DNA from: Spirochaetia bacterium
GTDB lineage: Bacteria; Spirochaetota; Spirochaetia; SZUA-6; Bin103
Assembly: GCA_965203055.1 (NCBI GenBank)
Contig: OZ241863.1
Coordinates: forward strand, 1,056,001 to 1,120,000
Length of the DNA: 64,000 nucleotides
Direction of reading: 5' to 3'
The notes below the pieces were generated by a model, which did not search any database, was not told the DNA's origin, and saw only the letters and a list, made by a program, of their open reading frames with translations. The translations under genes and the position numbers were made by a program. Each line of letters opens with the position of its first letter. Positions within the stretch are counted from its first letter, which is position 1. Of the stretch, positions 50,873-61,057 are shown piece by piece.

Positions 50873-52237
50873 TCACTGGTCTACCGGCGCCTGACGATCC
50901 TCGCCGGGGCGCCCGAATCGGGCGCCGGCGTGGCGGTAGCGATGATGGGCGGCGCACAGCAGGCGGAGATTGTTCGGCTCGGCGGCGCCGCCGAGGGCAT
51001 ACGGCACGACGTGATCGATCTGCAGCAGGTGTTGGGAGCCGCAGCGGCGCCCGCTGGTGCGGTCCACGTAGCGGCAGCGGCCCCGGTCGCGCCGCCACAC
51101 CTCGCGCTTGACCGCCGCCGGGATGGCGCGGCCGGTCGCGCTGCCCGTCTTCGCTGCCGAAGTCCGGGTCCGCAGCGGCGCAGCCGGCTGCGCGCACGCC
51201 GCAGCCGGCCGGTCGAGGCGCAGTGTCTTCGTCTTCGGCGCCGAAGTGGTGTCGGTCGCCGGCTTCGTCGCCGAAGTGACCGAGCGGTCAGCGGCTTCGT
51301 CTCCCGGCTCCGCCGGCGCCTGAGCCGATACCTTCGCCGCCGAAGGAGCGGCGCTGTCCGCGCCGGCCTCCTGCTTCGCTACCGGGGCGGCGCCGCAAGC
51401 CGAGGCCGCCTGCGTCTTCGCCGCCGAAGTTTGCTCGGCGCCTTTGGCCGGCGCGGCGCGCCGCCCGCGCGGCGGCCGGGCCGGGTCGTGGCGGTCGAGT
51501 CCTTCCCGCACCAGCCGCCCCATGAGCTGCCCCAACGTCATGTGCGGGTCGACGTGGGCCAGGAGGCCCTTGAGCCGCTCCAGGCCACGCCGGCACTCAT
51601 CGTCGATCACCGCCTTGAGTTCCCAGCGCCCTCCGCCCAGGGGCCGCACCCGATCCGCCGACGCCGCCAGCTCCGGGTCCACCTCGGCCAGCATCTGCAT
51701 CACCTCCCGGCTGCTCTTGCCGGACGCCTGCTCCACCAGCTCCCGCCGCGCCTCCGAGTCCAGCACCGGCACCGGGTCCAGCACCGGCGCCGGCTTCCGC
51801 TCCGGCGCCGAGCCCTCCTGCGACTGAGCGGCAGCCCCGCACCCGGCCCCGCCCGGCGCGCTACGCGCCGCCCGCTCCTTCCTGCGCTCCTGCCGGTCGA
51901 AGGCATGCTGCAACTGCGCGGCCGCGTTCAGCGTCATCGAGCCATCCTGCAGGCGCTCGCGCACGCCGTCGACGTCAGCGCAGAGGCGCATCGCCTTGAT
52001 GCGCCGCCACGCTGCGGCGTCGCTGTAACCCAGTTCGCGCACCGCGTAATCGAACAGGCTCGAGAACCCGCGCCGCAGGTACAGGCGGCGCTTCTGAATC
52101 TCGCGCAGGTGGTCGATCACGACCACTTCGAGATGGTGTTCGATGCCGGACAGTACCTTGGTCCGCTCTAGCAGGCGGTCGTCTGAGAGGGCGGAAACGG
52201 TAGTGGTGACGGCCCCGTCGGAAGCATGATTGTTCAT
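50873..52237 (-). CDS. HNH endonuclease with helical N-domain and low-complexity repeat linker
   Basis: RGFSSLFDYAVRELGYS N-domain; C-terminal RRDRGRCRY...CGS...QIDHVVPYALGG...NLRLLCAAHH. Confidence 0.9.
   Translation of the reverse strand: MNNHASDGAVTTTVSALSDDRLLERTKVLSGIEHHLEVVVIDHLREIQKRRLYLRRGFSSLFDYAVRELGYSDAAAWRRIKAMRLCADVDGVRERLQDGSMTLNAAAQLQHAFDRQERRKERAARSAPGGAGCGAAAQSQEGSAPERKPAPVLDPVPVLDSEARRELVEQASGKSSREVMQMLAEVDPELAASADRVRPLGGGRWELKAVIDDECRRGLERLKGLLAHVDPHMTLGQLMGRLVREGLDRHDPARPPRGRRAAPAKGAEQTSAAKTQAASACGAAPVAKQEAGADSAAPSAAKVSAQAPAEPGDEAADRSVTSATKPATDTTSAPKTKTLRLDRPAAACAQPAAPLRTRTSAAKTGSATGRAIPAAVKREVWRRDRGRCRYVDRTSGRRCGSQHLLQIDHVVPYALGGAAEPNNLRLLCAAHHRYRHAGARFGRPGEDRQAPVDQ
51149..51430. 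repeat. Five dispersed palindromic 14-15 bp repeats CTTCG-N4-CGAAG inside the HNH gene
   Basis: Copies start at 51149, 51233, 51263, 51332 and 51416; each encodes T/P-S-A-x-K. Confidence 0.8.
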
Positions 52238-52243
52238 GACATA

Positions 52244-52272
52244 AGTATAATCATGGAAACTACTTGAGTCAA
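52244..52272 (-). promoter_or_regulatory. Near-consensus leaderless sigma70 promoter for the HNH gene
   Basis: TTGACT (52272-52267), 17 nt, TATACT (52249-52244), ATG 6 nt downstream. Confidence 0.75.
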
Positions 52273-52399
52273 GTTATTCGGCCCGGAAGATGGCACCTGC
52301 GGCGTGACTCGGCGGCGCATTCCAAGCGGCTAGACGTTCCGTCAGATGCTACTGCCGAGAATGTGCCGGCGTCGACAGGGCGCGATCTGCCGGGTCCCG

Positions 52400-52554
52400 A
52401 GGGGCCGGCTTCGGTGCCGGCGCGGGCGGCGTTGAGGGCAAGCAGGCGGGCGAGCACTTCGTCGTGGGACTCCGGCGCGGTCCATGGCGGCGTGCAGCGC
52501 GGCGCGGTACTCGTAGTACGCCCTTCCGGCGGCTTCGAGGGCGGGATCGGTCAC
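52400..52554 (-). pseudogene. Collapsed remnant of a type IIG/MmeI-like restriction-methyltransferase C-terminus
   Basis: DPALEAAGRAYYEYRAAL | HAAMDRA | (frameshift) HDEVLARLLALNAARA: three motifs I recall as well separated in such enzymes. Confidence 0.6.
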
Positions 52555-52617
52555 AAATTGGAAGTGCGCCGCGCCGCGCGCGCACCGCCGGCAGCCCGCA
52601 TGCTATGCTGGCAGGAG

Positions 52618-52743
52618 ATGCTCGAAACGTTGTTCCCGCGGCGCGCGGCGAACGAATTTCACGGCGCTCCGCTCGCCGGCTGGGCGCTGGCGGCCATGAC
52701 GTTGATCATGCTGGTGTTGGCGCTACGCGAGCGGAAGGTCTGA
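52618..52743 (+). pseudogene. 41-aa hydrophobic mini-ORF, probable internally deleted membrane-protein gene
   Basis: AGGAG RBS; MLETLFPRRAANEFHGAPLAGWALAAMTLIMLVLALRERKV; stop 2 nt before the DUF499 start. Confidence 0.45.
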
Positions 52744-52745
52744 GC

Positions 52746-55700
52746 ATGGCGACCCCGACGATCTTCGAGACTTGCCGGCCGCGCGCCGACGTCCTCGCCG
52801 GCAGCGTCGCCGAGGCGGACTTCGCCGCCGACCTGGCCGAGGTGGTCACCGGCCGGGGCAGCGCGCAGTACCGCGATCCGGTCCGGTTCTTCGCCAACAC
52901 CTATCCGACGCGCGGGCTCAAGGCCCTGCTCGCCAACGTCTGCCGGCGGCTGAGCGGCGCCGGCGGCGAGGCGGCGGCGATCTTCCGCCTCGACACCTCC
53001 TACGGCGGCGGCAAGACCCACGCGCTGATCGCCCTGGCGCACGCGGTGCGCGGGCGGGCGGCCGGCGCCGACCTGAGCGAGTTCGTCGCGCCGGCGCTGC
53101 TGCCGGCGGGCGCGGTGCGGGTGGCGGCGTTCGACGGCGAGAACGCCGATCCCGCAAACGGGCGCGCGCTGGGCGACGGGGTGCTGGCGCACACGCCGTG
53201 GGGCGAGCTCGCGTACGCGCTGGCCGGCCGGCAGGGCTACGAGCGGGTGAGCCGCAGCGACCGGGAGGGGGCGGCTCCCGGCGCGGAGACGCTGCGCGAG
53301 CTGTTCGGCGGCGCGCCGGCCCTGATCCTGCTCGACGAGCTGTCGGTATACCTGCGCAAGGTGCAGCGTCTGCCCGGCGCCGGCGACCAGTTGACCGCGT
53401 TTCTCACCTCGCTGTTCAAGGCGGTCGAAGGAGCGCCCAACGCGGCCCTGGTCTACACCCTGGCGATCGGCAAGGATGGGCGCGCGACCGACGCCTACGG
53501 CGCGGAGAACCGCTTCATCGGCGACCGCATGGCGGAGGCGGAGAGCGTGTCGGCGCGCAAGGCCACGCTGCTCGATCCCACGGCCGAGGACGAGACAGTC
53601 CAAGTGCTGCGGCGGCGCCTGTTCGAGAGGATCGACGAAGCGGGGGCGGAGGCGGCGATCGACGCCTACCGCGAGCAGTGGGCGCTGCACGGCGGCGCGC
53701 TGCCCGCGGACGCCGCCCGCCCGGAGACCGCGCAGACCTTCGCCGCGAGCTATCCGCTGCATCCCGAGGTGCTGGCCACCCTCACCGGCAAGACCGCCAC
53801 GCTGAGCAACTTCCAGCGCGTGCGCGGCATGCTGCGGCTGCTGGCGCGCACCATCGCGCAGCTCTGGCAGGCGCGGCCCTCGGACGCCGCCGCCATCCAC
53901 CTGCACCACGTCGACCTGGGTCATGAGCCGATCCGCCAGGAGATCGTCATCCGCCTGGGGCAGTCAGCCTACCTGCCGGCGATCGCCAACGACATCGCCG
54001 CCGGCGGGGGCGAGGGCGGCACAGCGCTGGCGCAGCAGATCGACGCCGCCCGGCACGGCGGCCTGCCGCCCTACGGGGCCTACGTCGCGCGCACCATCTT
54101 CATGCACACGCTGGCGTTCAACGATCCTCTCAAGGGGCTGTCGCCGGAGCGGCTGCGCTACTCCCTGCTCGGCCCGGCTACCGACGTCGGCTTCATCGAC
54201 GAGGCGCGCCGCCGGTTCGTGGCCGATTCGGCCTATCTCGACGACCGTCCGGGCGCGCCGCTGCGGTTCCTGGCGGAGGCCAATCTGAGCCTGATCATCC
54301 GCCGCGAAGAACAGCACGTGGACGCCGGCGATGCCCGCGCGGATCTGAACGACCGCATCAAGCGGGTGTTTTCGGGGGACGCGTTCGAGCTGGTGCCGTT
54401 TCCGGGCGGGCCGTTCGACGTGCCGGACGACGTTGGCGACGGGCGCCCGCGGCTGATCGTGCCGGCCTATGACGGGGTGGCGGTCGGCGACAGCGTCGGC
54501 GCGGCGCCGGAGCTGATCGCGCGCATCTACGCCCGCAAGGGGGCGGAGGGTTCGGCGCTGCGCATGCTGCGCAACCACCTGGTGTTCGCGGTGGCGGACG
54601 CGGAGCGCAAGGCGGAGATGCAGCGCGCCGCGGTCCGGCGGCTGGCCCTGCAGGCGCTGTTGCGCCCGGAACGGCTGGCGGAGCTGGCCGAGCATCAGCA
54701 GGCCACGGTGCGCGAGCAGGCGGCGCGGTCGGAGCAGGAGTTGGCGATCGCCATCCAGCAGTGCTACCGCCACCTGTTCTATCCGTCGCGCAACCGCGTG
54801 GGCGCCGCCGACGTCGATCTGGCGCACACCGCGATCGAGCTGCCGGCGGCGTCGGACCAGCCGGGCGCCGGCCAGCAGCAGGTGGTTCGCGCGTTGCGCG
54901 AATTGGCCAAGCTGCGACTGGCCGAGGATGAACCCGACTCGCCGGCCTACGTGCGCGACCGCACGCCGCTCAAGCGGCCAGATCACGACCCTGGCGCTGC
55001 GCGACGAGTTCCGCCGCGATCCGGCGCTGCCGATCCTGAGCGGCGACGACATCTTTCTGCGCGGCATTCGGCGCGGGGTGGAGCGCGGCGACTACGTCTA
55101 CCGGCGCGGCGAGCTGCTCTACGGCCCGGACGACCCGCCGGCCGACCTGCTGATCGACGAACGGGCGCTGGTGCTGACCGTGGCCTACGCCCGCACCAAG
55201 GGCATCTGGCCCCGCCCGGCGCAGGGGGCCGCGGCCGGCGATGGCCAGGTGGGCGGGGCCGGGCCGACCGAAGGGTCCCGCAGCAACGGCGGCGGACCGG
55301 ATGAGGTGCGTCAGCCGCCGGACGGGGGATTGCCGCCGGAGAGCCCCGGACCGGGCGAGTTCACCGCCGAGGGCGTGCTGCGGGAAGCGCTGACGCGGCT
55401 GTGGGAGCAGGCGCGCGCCGGGGGCGCGGCGCGGGTCTCGAAGTTGACGATCCGCATGTTCGAGGCCGGCGACGGCTTCCGGCTGCTCGGCGCGGTGGGC
55501 GCGGTGACCGGCGCGGACAAGGAGGTGACCATGGCCGGCGGCTACGAGACCCGCGACGGCGGTTCCTTCATATTGGAGTTCAACGGTCCGGTGGCGGACG
55601 CGCAGCCGGTGCGCGAATTCCTCGAACCGCAGTTGCGGGACTGCGCCTCGCGCACGCTGGAGGTGTCGTTTCGGATCACCTTCGCCGCCGGCCTGCCGCT

Positions 55701-55797
55701 GGCGGGCGACGCCGCGGAGCGGCTCGCCGAACGGCTGGCGCGGTTCGCCGGCGGGGCGGCGTACGTGGCGGCGACCGCCGCGGCGCAGGCCTCGTGA
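52746..55797 (+). pseudogene. DUF499-family AAA+ ATPase, one frameshift near 54975 (true lesion or sequencing error)
   Basis: CRPRADVL, DFAADL, FFANTYPT, LDTSYGGGKTH, HTPWGELA, LILLDEL, SYPLHP, FQRVRGMLR. Frame changes at CTC AAG C GGC CAG ATC ACG (TPLK/GQITT) and continues in ORF 54928..55797. Confidence 0.85.
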
Positions 55798-56285
55798 TGG
55801 CGCGCGCGGAGCGGGAGATTCGCATCGAGCCGGCCGCGTCGGCGCCGCGCTACGAGCTGCGGGTGCGCCGGCATCGGCCCGGCGCCGCCGAATACGCGGT
55901 CTGGCAGTTGCCGGCGCCGGCCACGCCGCAGGTGAAGCGGGCGCAGCGCGTCGCCCGCCTGCAAGGCGCCAACCTCGACCTGATCGAACACCGCGTGCTG
56001 CGCCGGCTGGCGCGAGCCGGCGTCCGCCTCGGCCCGCGCGCCGGCGCCGCGGACCGCGGCTATCCGCTGCCGGAGGAGGCGGCGCTGCTGCTGGGGCTGC
56101 TGTTCCGCGCCTTGGCGCCGATGCGCAACCGCGATAACATGCGCATGGTGACCGCGGGCATCGAGGCGATGGAGCCTGAGGAAGCCGCGTACTGGGCGGG
56201 CATGGCGATCCACCGCCGCCGCCCCCGCCGCGTGCTGAAGGCCCTCCGCATCCTCCTCACCGATTGCAATGCCGGACGTACCTGA
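55797..56285 (+). CDS. Small DUF499-associated protein (positional analogue of DUF3780), 162 aa
   Basis: TGATG coupling to DUF499; LGLLFRALAPMR...GIEAMEPEEAAYW...RVLKALRILL. Confidence 0.75.
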   Translation: MARAEREIRIEPAASAPRYELRVRRHRPGAAEYAVWQLPAPATPQVKRAQRVARLQGANLDLIEHRVLRRLARAGVRLGPRAGAADRGYPLPEEAALLLGLLFRALAPMRNRDNMRMVTAGIEAMEPEEAAYWAGMAIHRRRPRRVLKALRILLTDCNAGRT

Positions 56286-56742
56286 AATTCGCCTTCGTCT
56301 GTCGATCTGGCGACCTGCATCGCTCGATCGTACGTACCTGCATGCCCAGGATGGCGGGTCGGGATCGGACCGGTATTCGCCGCTCGACGAGACAGGCCTC
56401 CTGGAGCAGATATACTCATGGGACTCCGGCTGGTATGACATCTCGGGATCTTCCGAGTCGGACGTGACCGATCTGATCAAAAGCCGCTTGCTGCGCCCGT
56501 TCGGCCAGCACGAGCCTCCGGCCAAACGCGGCGTGCGCCGGTTCCGCCGCGCGTTGTCCGATCTGCTTGAGGATTCCAAGGTACGCGCCGGGACTTTCTG
56601 GTCGGACTGCCCGGACACGGTGCCCACGGGTAGCGGGGACCTGAATCTGCGCGCCAACGTCACTCTTGGCGTGCTCCGACACTTTCTGTGGGTCGCCGGC
56701 GTCTACGCCGACGTCCCGGATGCCTCGGTCCTGCTCCAATGA
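56269..56742 (+). CDS. Hypothetical protein (157 aa), first gene of lower-GC cassette
   Basis: Overlaps both neighbours; normal globular composition; no family recognised. Confidence 0.7.
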   Translation: MPDVPEIRLRLSIWRPASLDRTYLHAQDGGSGSDRYSPLDETGLLEQIYSWDSGWYDISGSSESDVTDLIKSRLLRPFGQHEPPAKRGVRRFRRALSDLLEDSKVRAGTFWSDCPDTVPTGSGDLNLRANVTLGVLRHFLWVAGVYADVPDASVLLQ

Positions 56743-58811
56743 ATGAGTACGTACTGCGATCCGTTACCGGTGCCGAGAAGGCTATGGCTGACCTCTTTGC
56801 CGCTTGCGCCATGTCCGGCGGCGAACACCTGCGGCTCGAAGTTCGTGAAGATAAGTGCTTTCGACCCGACGTCTGGGTGTCGGTCGGCACCGTATCCTTG
56901 CATCCCGAATTGCCGGCTGCATCACAGGATGAGGAGGACGGGAACACCTTGCTGGAGCGGGCACTCCGATACGGCTTCTTCAACTGGGAGCTTCCAAAAG
57001 AGGACTGGCTGAAGAGTAAGCTGACAGAGGCGTTGGCGATTGAGGAACCGGCCAGAGAAAGTGCCCGGACCGTGAAGGACATTGACAGAGTAACCAGAGG
57101 CTTGGCCCACGCAGCCATCCGCTGCGGCGTGGCGCACCCCGCCTTCGACGCGATGACCCTTTCGAAGATGCCGTTTCGCAGGAACGTCGGGATAGTAATG
57201 GATACGACGGCCGTGCTGCAGGGGGGACTCGACTTTGCCGCACGCCATTTGACACCAGCCGCCCGGCTGCGCGTTCCGGCGATCGTGCAGATGGAGATAC
57301 TGAATTTCGTCGACCGCTACTTCAGCCAGCGACGCAGAGGGAAGCCTATCTCCACCATGTTGGTGGACCACATGTTGAGTCAAGCCGGACAACGCGCCCT
57401 CATCAGGCTGGGACTGGCTCATCGGGTGGAACGGCCGCGGCTCGGGGCCGAACCGCTGCGCGGCATCGTTCAGCCCGATTCCGACGCCGAAGACAAGAGC
57501 CTGGGCCTGCAGGTGGTACAGAGGAGCTTCGCCGACCGTCTCATTCTGGAGACCGCGGTGCAACGACGCAATGACGCCGCCCCCGACCATCCCGTCACAT
57601 TGATGACAGCCGATCAGGGCCTTACGCGGATGGCGCTGGCTGAAGGGATAGAACCACTCTTCTTCGATGCGAACGCGGCGTCGGCGCTACTCGGCTCCAC
57701 CCTGAGCGGCGTCACGTTCAAGCCATTCATGACCGACGGTCTTCGTACCTACCCCGTTTCCTTGTGCGCCATTCTTTGGGAACTGGCCGTGACGTTCGGC
57801 GCCGCCCGTCTGATCGGCATCGATTCCGATGACTCATTCGAAGCTGTTGCGATCGGCGAGGGATGTTCATGGCAGCCCTACCACTCTCGTGACGATCTTC
57901 TTTGGACGAGATCGGTACCGAAGTCTGCTGCCGCGAAGCCTTCGCCGAAGATCAAGGCTGCCCCTGACTCTACTGAGTCGGACTCGGCCGGTGCAGCCAC
58001 CTTGTCGACCACACCGAGTCCGCGGAGCCGTACCTTGTCTGGCGCCTACGGCTTCAGCCCCGGTTCCATGATCGATCTCATGGTGGCTCTAAATGGTGCC
58101 GCCCTTTCTGACGCAGCGGGAATGGAGGTGGCGCACGTCAATAAAAGGAACTCGTACGAACAGTATCGGAGATTCCTGTACGCAGGAGGATTCGCCGTCA
58201 AGAGCGGTGCGGAAATGGAGAAGACGGACCGCCTCTCCTCCTTGATCGGCAGTATGATCGCCGGTGCATTCGATGAGATGCGGGTGCTGCTTTCCCTCGT
58301 GCCATCTTTCAAGCGCTTTCTGACCAACGTGGAGGTAGGGAGTCCTTTGACGCAAGGCGATTCGAAAATTAACGCGACCTCCTTTCGTTCCTATTGTGCC
58401 TTGGCAGAGATGTGTTGCGCGGGCGTGCGCTTCGTCGACGCGGGAATCTATCCCACACCGGAGAATCCGACGCCGGAGCATTTCTCACGTCCGGCCCTCG
58501 CGGCTTACGATACGGTACGGCGGGGAGAAGATTACGCCCTGACGGGCGCTTGGCTGGATGAGATGACCAAGCGCTTTGGCATACACCCGGTGCGCGCGCG
58601 GCAGCGCTTGGCGGAGGCTCATCAGAGTGGACATATCCGCCGTTACGTGGAAGGATCGACTCCGGAAACCAGATACGGGAACAGGAATCTCCATGTACTC
58701 AGCTTCGACGGCGGGGTTCCCAAAGTGCGCAATGTCAATCTCTATCACGGAGACTTCCTGATGCCAGGCCGAGCCGCCGTCAGTATCAGGCTGTCGAAGG
58801 GGGAGCGATGA
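56739..58811 (+). CDS. Large (690 aa) PIN-domain protein with uncharacterised flanking domains
   Basis: PIN-like acidic motifs GIVMDTTAVL, VPAIVQMEI, SFADRLILE, LMTADQGLTRMALAEGI; ATGA overlaps at both ends. Confidence 0.72.
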   Translation: MNEYVLRSVTGAEKAMADLFAACAMSGGEHLRLEVREDKCFRPDVWVSVGTVSLHPELPAASQDEEDGNTLLERALRYGFFNWELPKEDWLKSKLTEALAIEEPARESARTVKDIDRVTRGLAHAAIRCGVAHPAFDAMTLSKMPFRRNVGIVMDTTAVLQGGLDFAARHLTPAARLRVPAIVQMEILNFVDRYFSQRRRGKPISTMLVDHMLSQAGQRALIRLGLAHRVERPRLGAEPLRGIVQPDSDAEDKSLGLQVVQRSFADRLILETAVQRRNDAAPDHPVTLMTADQGLTRMALAEGIEPLFFDANAASALLGSTLSGVTFKPFMTDGLRTYPVSLCAILWELAVTFGAARLIGIDSDDSFEAVAIGEGCSWQPYHSRDDLLWTRSVPKSAAAKPSPKIKAAPDSTESDSAGAATLSTTPSPRSRTLSGAYGFSPGSMIDLMVALNGAALSDAAGMEVAHVNKRNSYEQYRRFLYAGGFAVKSGAEMEKTDRLSSLIGSMIAGAFDEMRVLLSLVPSFKRFLTNVEVGSPLTQGDSKINATSFRSYCALAEMCCAGVRFVDAGIYPTPENPTPEHFSRPALAAYDTVRRGEDYALTGAWLDEMTKRFGIHPVRARQRLAEAHQSGHIRRYVEGSTPETRYGNRNLHVLSFDGGVPKVRNVNLYHGDFLMPGRAAVSIRLSKGER

Positions 58812-59953
58812 GCCTTCGTGAACGGATGAAGCGCACGGATTCGGGCCGACAGCTGACTCTGTATCGAGAGTATGGCGTGATCGGTAATCCCTTTCCCTCA
58901 GCAGGGCAACCGTCGGGCCATCCGAGATTGGAAGATGCGATCGACGACAAGGTAGTAGATCGTTTCCGGCAGTTCGAGGACGGAAGCCATGCCTCGCAGG
59001 TGATCACGATCGAGGGAACGCAGGGCGTCGGCAAGACGAACTTGCTCAACTACTATGAATATCAGTTCCGCGATTACTATCGGGATAGCAACGCACACTA
59101 TATCATCAGATACTACCCGGATCCGGAGCCGTCCTTCGATTCGGTGCTGAGAAAGATTTTCCAGAGCTTCGACCGTGGCCACTTCGAGAACATCGGCAGG
59201 AAGCTCGCACAGGGCAAGGAAGCCGTGAGAAACAGTGCCAAGGAACGTGCTCTACACCATGACGTGAGGATCGTTCTCAACAGTTTGGAGGGAGCGGGCG
59301 ATAGTAACGATAACGAACGGATAGCCGAGTGCGCTCAACTGGCTCTGGATTGGTTCCTGGGCTTGCGCGTCCTGAAGCGGCACCGCGAAGTACTCGGCGT
59401 GAGCTTCAGGCTGGATACGGTCGAATCGCGTACGCAGGCTCTGCGTGACATCATCTATGTCAGCGAACGGTTGGATATCCTGCAGGGTGTTTTCCTGTTG
59501 CTGGACGAGCTCGAGAAACAGGACTACTCGCTCAGCAAGACCCCGGTGCTCCGCTTCCTCCTCTCCATACGGGCGTTGATCGACGCCTTGCCGGAGCGGC
59601 TGTTCCTGATGCTGGCGATGACTCCTCAGGCCCGCACGCGCTACTTCGCGATGCTTCCCGCATTGGCAGGCCGTCTGCAGGACAGAATACCGTTGTCGCC
59701 TATCAAAGACCGGACCGAGGCCCGCCGACTGTTCGATTTCTACTTGAGACGAGGGCGCGAGGCGGCGAGATCGAACCCACGCGTGCAAGGCGAGGGGCAG
59801 GGAGCCGTCGACCTGTTGGGAGCCGACGATCTGAATGAAATGTTCCGCATATGTAGGGAGGAGTCTGAGCAACGAGGAATCGAAGGCGTCACGCCTCGCG
59901 ACTTCCTGCATCGCCTGCACGGAGAGTGGGAGAGCCGGGTAACGGCCCGGTAA
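58808..59953 (+). CDS. AAA+/P-loop ATPase (NPF N-motif)
   Basis: YGVIGNPFP; Walker A GTQGVGKT; Walker B FLLLDELE; ALAGRL; TPRDFL. Confidence 0.85.
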   Translation: MSLRERMKRTDSGRQLTLYREYGVIGNPFPSAGQPSGHPRLEDAIDDKVVDRFRQFEDGSHASQVITIEGTQGVGKTNLLNYYEYQFRDYYRDSNAHYIIRYYPDPEPSFDSVLRKIFQSFDRGHFENIGRKLAQGKEAVRNSAKERALHHDVRIVLNSLEGAGDSNDNERIAECAQLALDWFLGLRVLKRHREVLGVSFRLDTVESRTQALRDIIYVSERLDILQGVFLLLDELEKQDYSLSKTPVLRFLLSIRALIDALPERLFLMLAMTPQARTRYFAMLPALAGRLQDRIPLSPIKDRTEARRLFDFYLRRGREAARSNPRVQGEGQGAVDLLGADDLNEMFRICREESEQRGIEGVTPRDFLHRLHGEWESRVTAR

Positions 59954-59961
59954 CGTACCGG

Positions 59962-60921
59962 ATGGCTGAACCGACCGTTGCCGCGGCGCCGCCGGCCGAG
60001 CCCAAGTTTCCCGGCTGCCGTCCGGTGCGCATTACGCGCCGAGTGATAGCCGAATGCGAGGTCCGCCTGGAGTACTGGGATGCCGCCACCGAGATCGCGA
60101 TGGTGTGCGAACAGAACAGCTACTACCACGAGTCCCCCATCCATCTCCTCACCACGCTGACCGGGAATATCGCCGCGGCGCGGAGCTTGCCAATTGGGGC
60201 GGCGGGGCGCACCGACCTGCGGTTGTGCAATGCCCGCGGCGAGTGGCAGCGCATCATGCAGGCCGACCAGATCCTGTTCCTGCGCCCTGCGCGGCCGCGG
60301 GGCGACGCAATCGAGGTGGGCGTGGACAAGCTGCCGGACGTGGTGCTGGAGGTGGACAATACTACCGACGTGCGCTGCGGCAAGCTGGGGTTGTACGACT
60401 CCTGGGGCTTTCCCGAGGTATGGGTCGAGGTGCCGGACCAGCCGGCGCCGAGCCGGCCGGCGGGGCTGCGCCCCGGCCTGACGATCTACGTGCGGGAGGG
60501 CGGCCGCCTGCGCCCCGCGGCGGTGAGCCGCGCGTTTCACGGCTGGACGGCGGCGGAGATACACCGCGGGTTGAACGAGTCCGAGATGTCCGAGGAGACG
60601 GCGGCGGCGCTGGACCGGGTCGGGCGCTTGCTGGGCGCCGCCGCGGGCACGCAGCCGTATGACGATCCGTTCCAGCGCCTGTTGCTCAGGCGCAGCCGCG
60701 CCGAGGGCTATGCGGAAGGCTATGCGGAAGGCTATGCCGAGGGCTATGCGGAAGGGCTCCTGGAGGAACGCGTCGATACCATAGAGGCTATGGTGCGCGC
60801 CGGCATGCCGTGGCCGGCATCGGCGACCGGAATAGACGAGGCCGGGCTGCGCGCCATCAAGCAGGGGCTCGCCTGCTTGGTCCGCCGCTCCCGAACCGAC
60901 CGAGGCGCCGCCGACGGCTGA
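59962..60921 (+). CDS. Uma2-family endonuclease-like protein (paralogue of 15689-16663)
   Basis: FPGCRPV, RLEYWD, MQADQILF, PDVVLEVD, LYDSWGFPEVW; (AEGY)4 repeat. Confidence 0.8.
   Translation: MAEPTVAAAPPAEPKFPGCRPVRITRRVIAECEVRLEYWDAATEIAMVCEQNSYYHESPIHLLTTLTGNIAAARSLPIGAAGRTDLRLCNARGEWQRIMQADQILFLRPARPRGDAIEVGVDKLPDVVLEVDNTTDVRCGKLGLYDSWGFPEVWVEVPDQPAPSRPAGLRPGLTIYVREGGRLRPAAVSRAFHGWTAAEIHRGLNESEMSEETAAALDRVGRLLGAAAGTQPYDDPFQRLLLRRSRAEGYAEGYAEGYAEGYAEGLLEERVDTIEAMVRAGMPWPASATGIDEAGLRAIKQGLACLVRRSRTDRGAADG
60700..60756. repeat. 12-bp tandem repeat encoding (AEGY)4-AEG
   Basis: GCCGAGGGCTAT / GCGGAAGGCTAT units. Confidence 0.85.
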
Positions 60922-61057
60922 AGGCACAGAATAACTCAAGCGGCGCCGCCCCTGCGCCGGCCCCGCTCCCCCGGAGCCGCCGACGGCTGCGTCCCTCGGC
61001 CAGCCGGACCCGCTGCCCGATGAAGATGTCTTTACGTCTGGCATTTTTCCGGGAATA

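Noticed and set aside
51149..51430. CRISPR array
   Set aside because: Repeats are only 14-15 bp, spacing is irregular and in frame within a CDS, and there are no cas genes.
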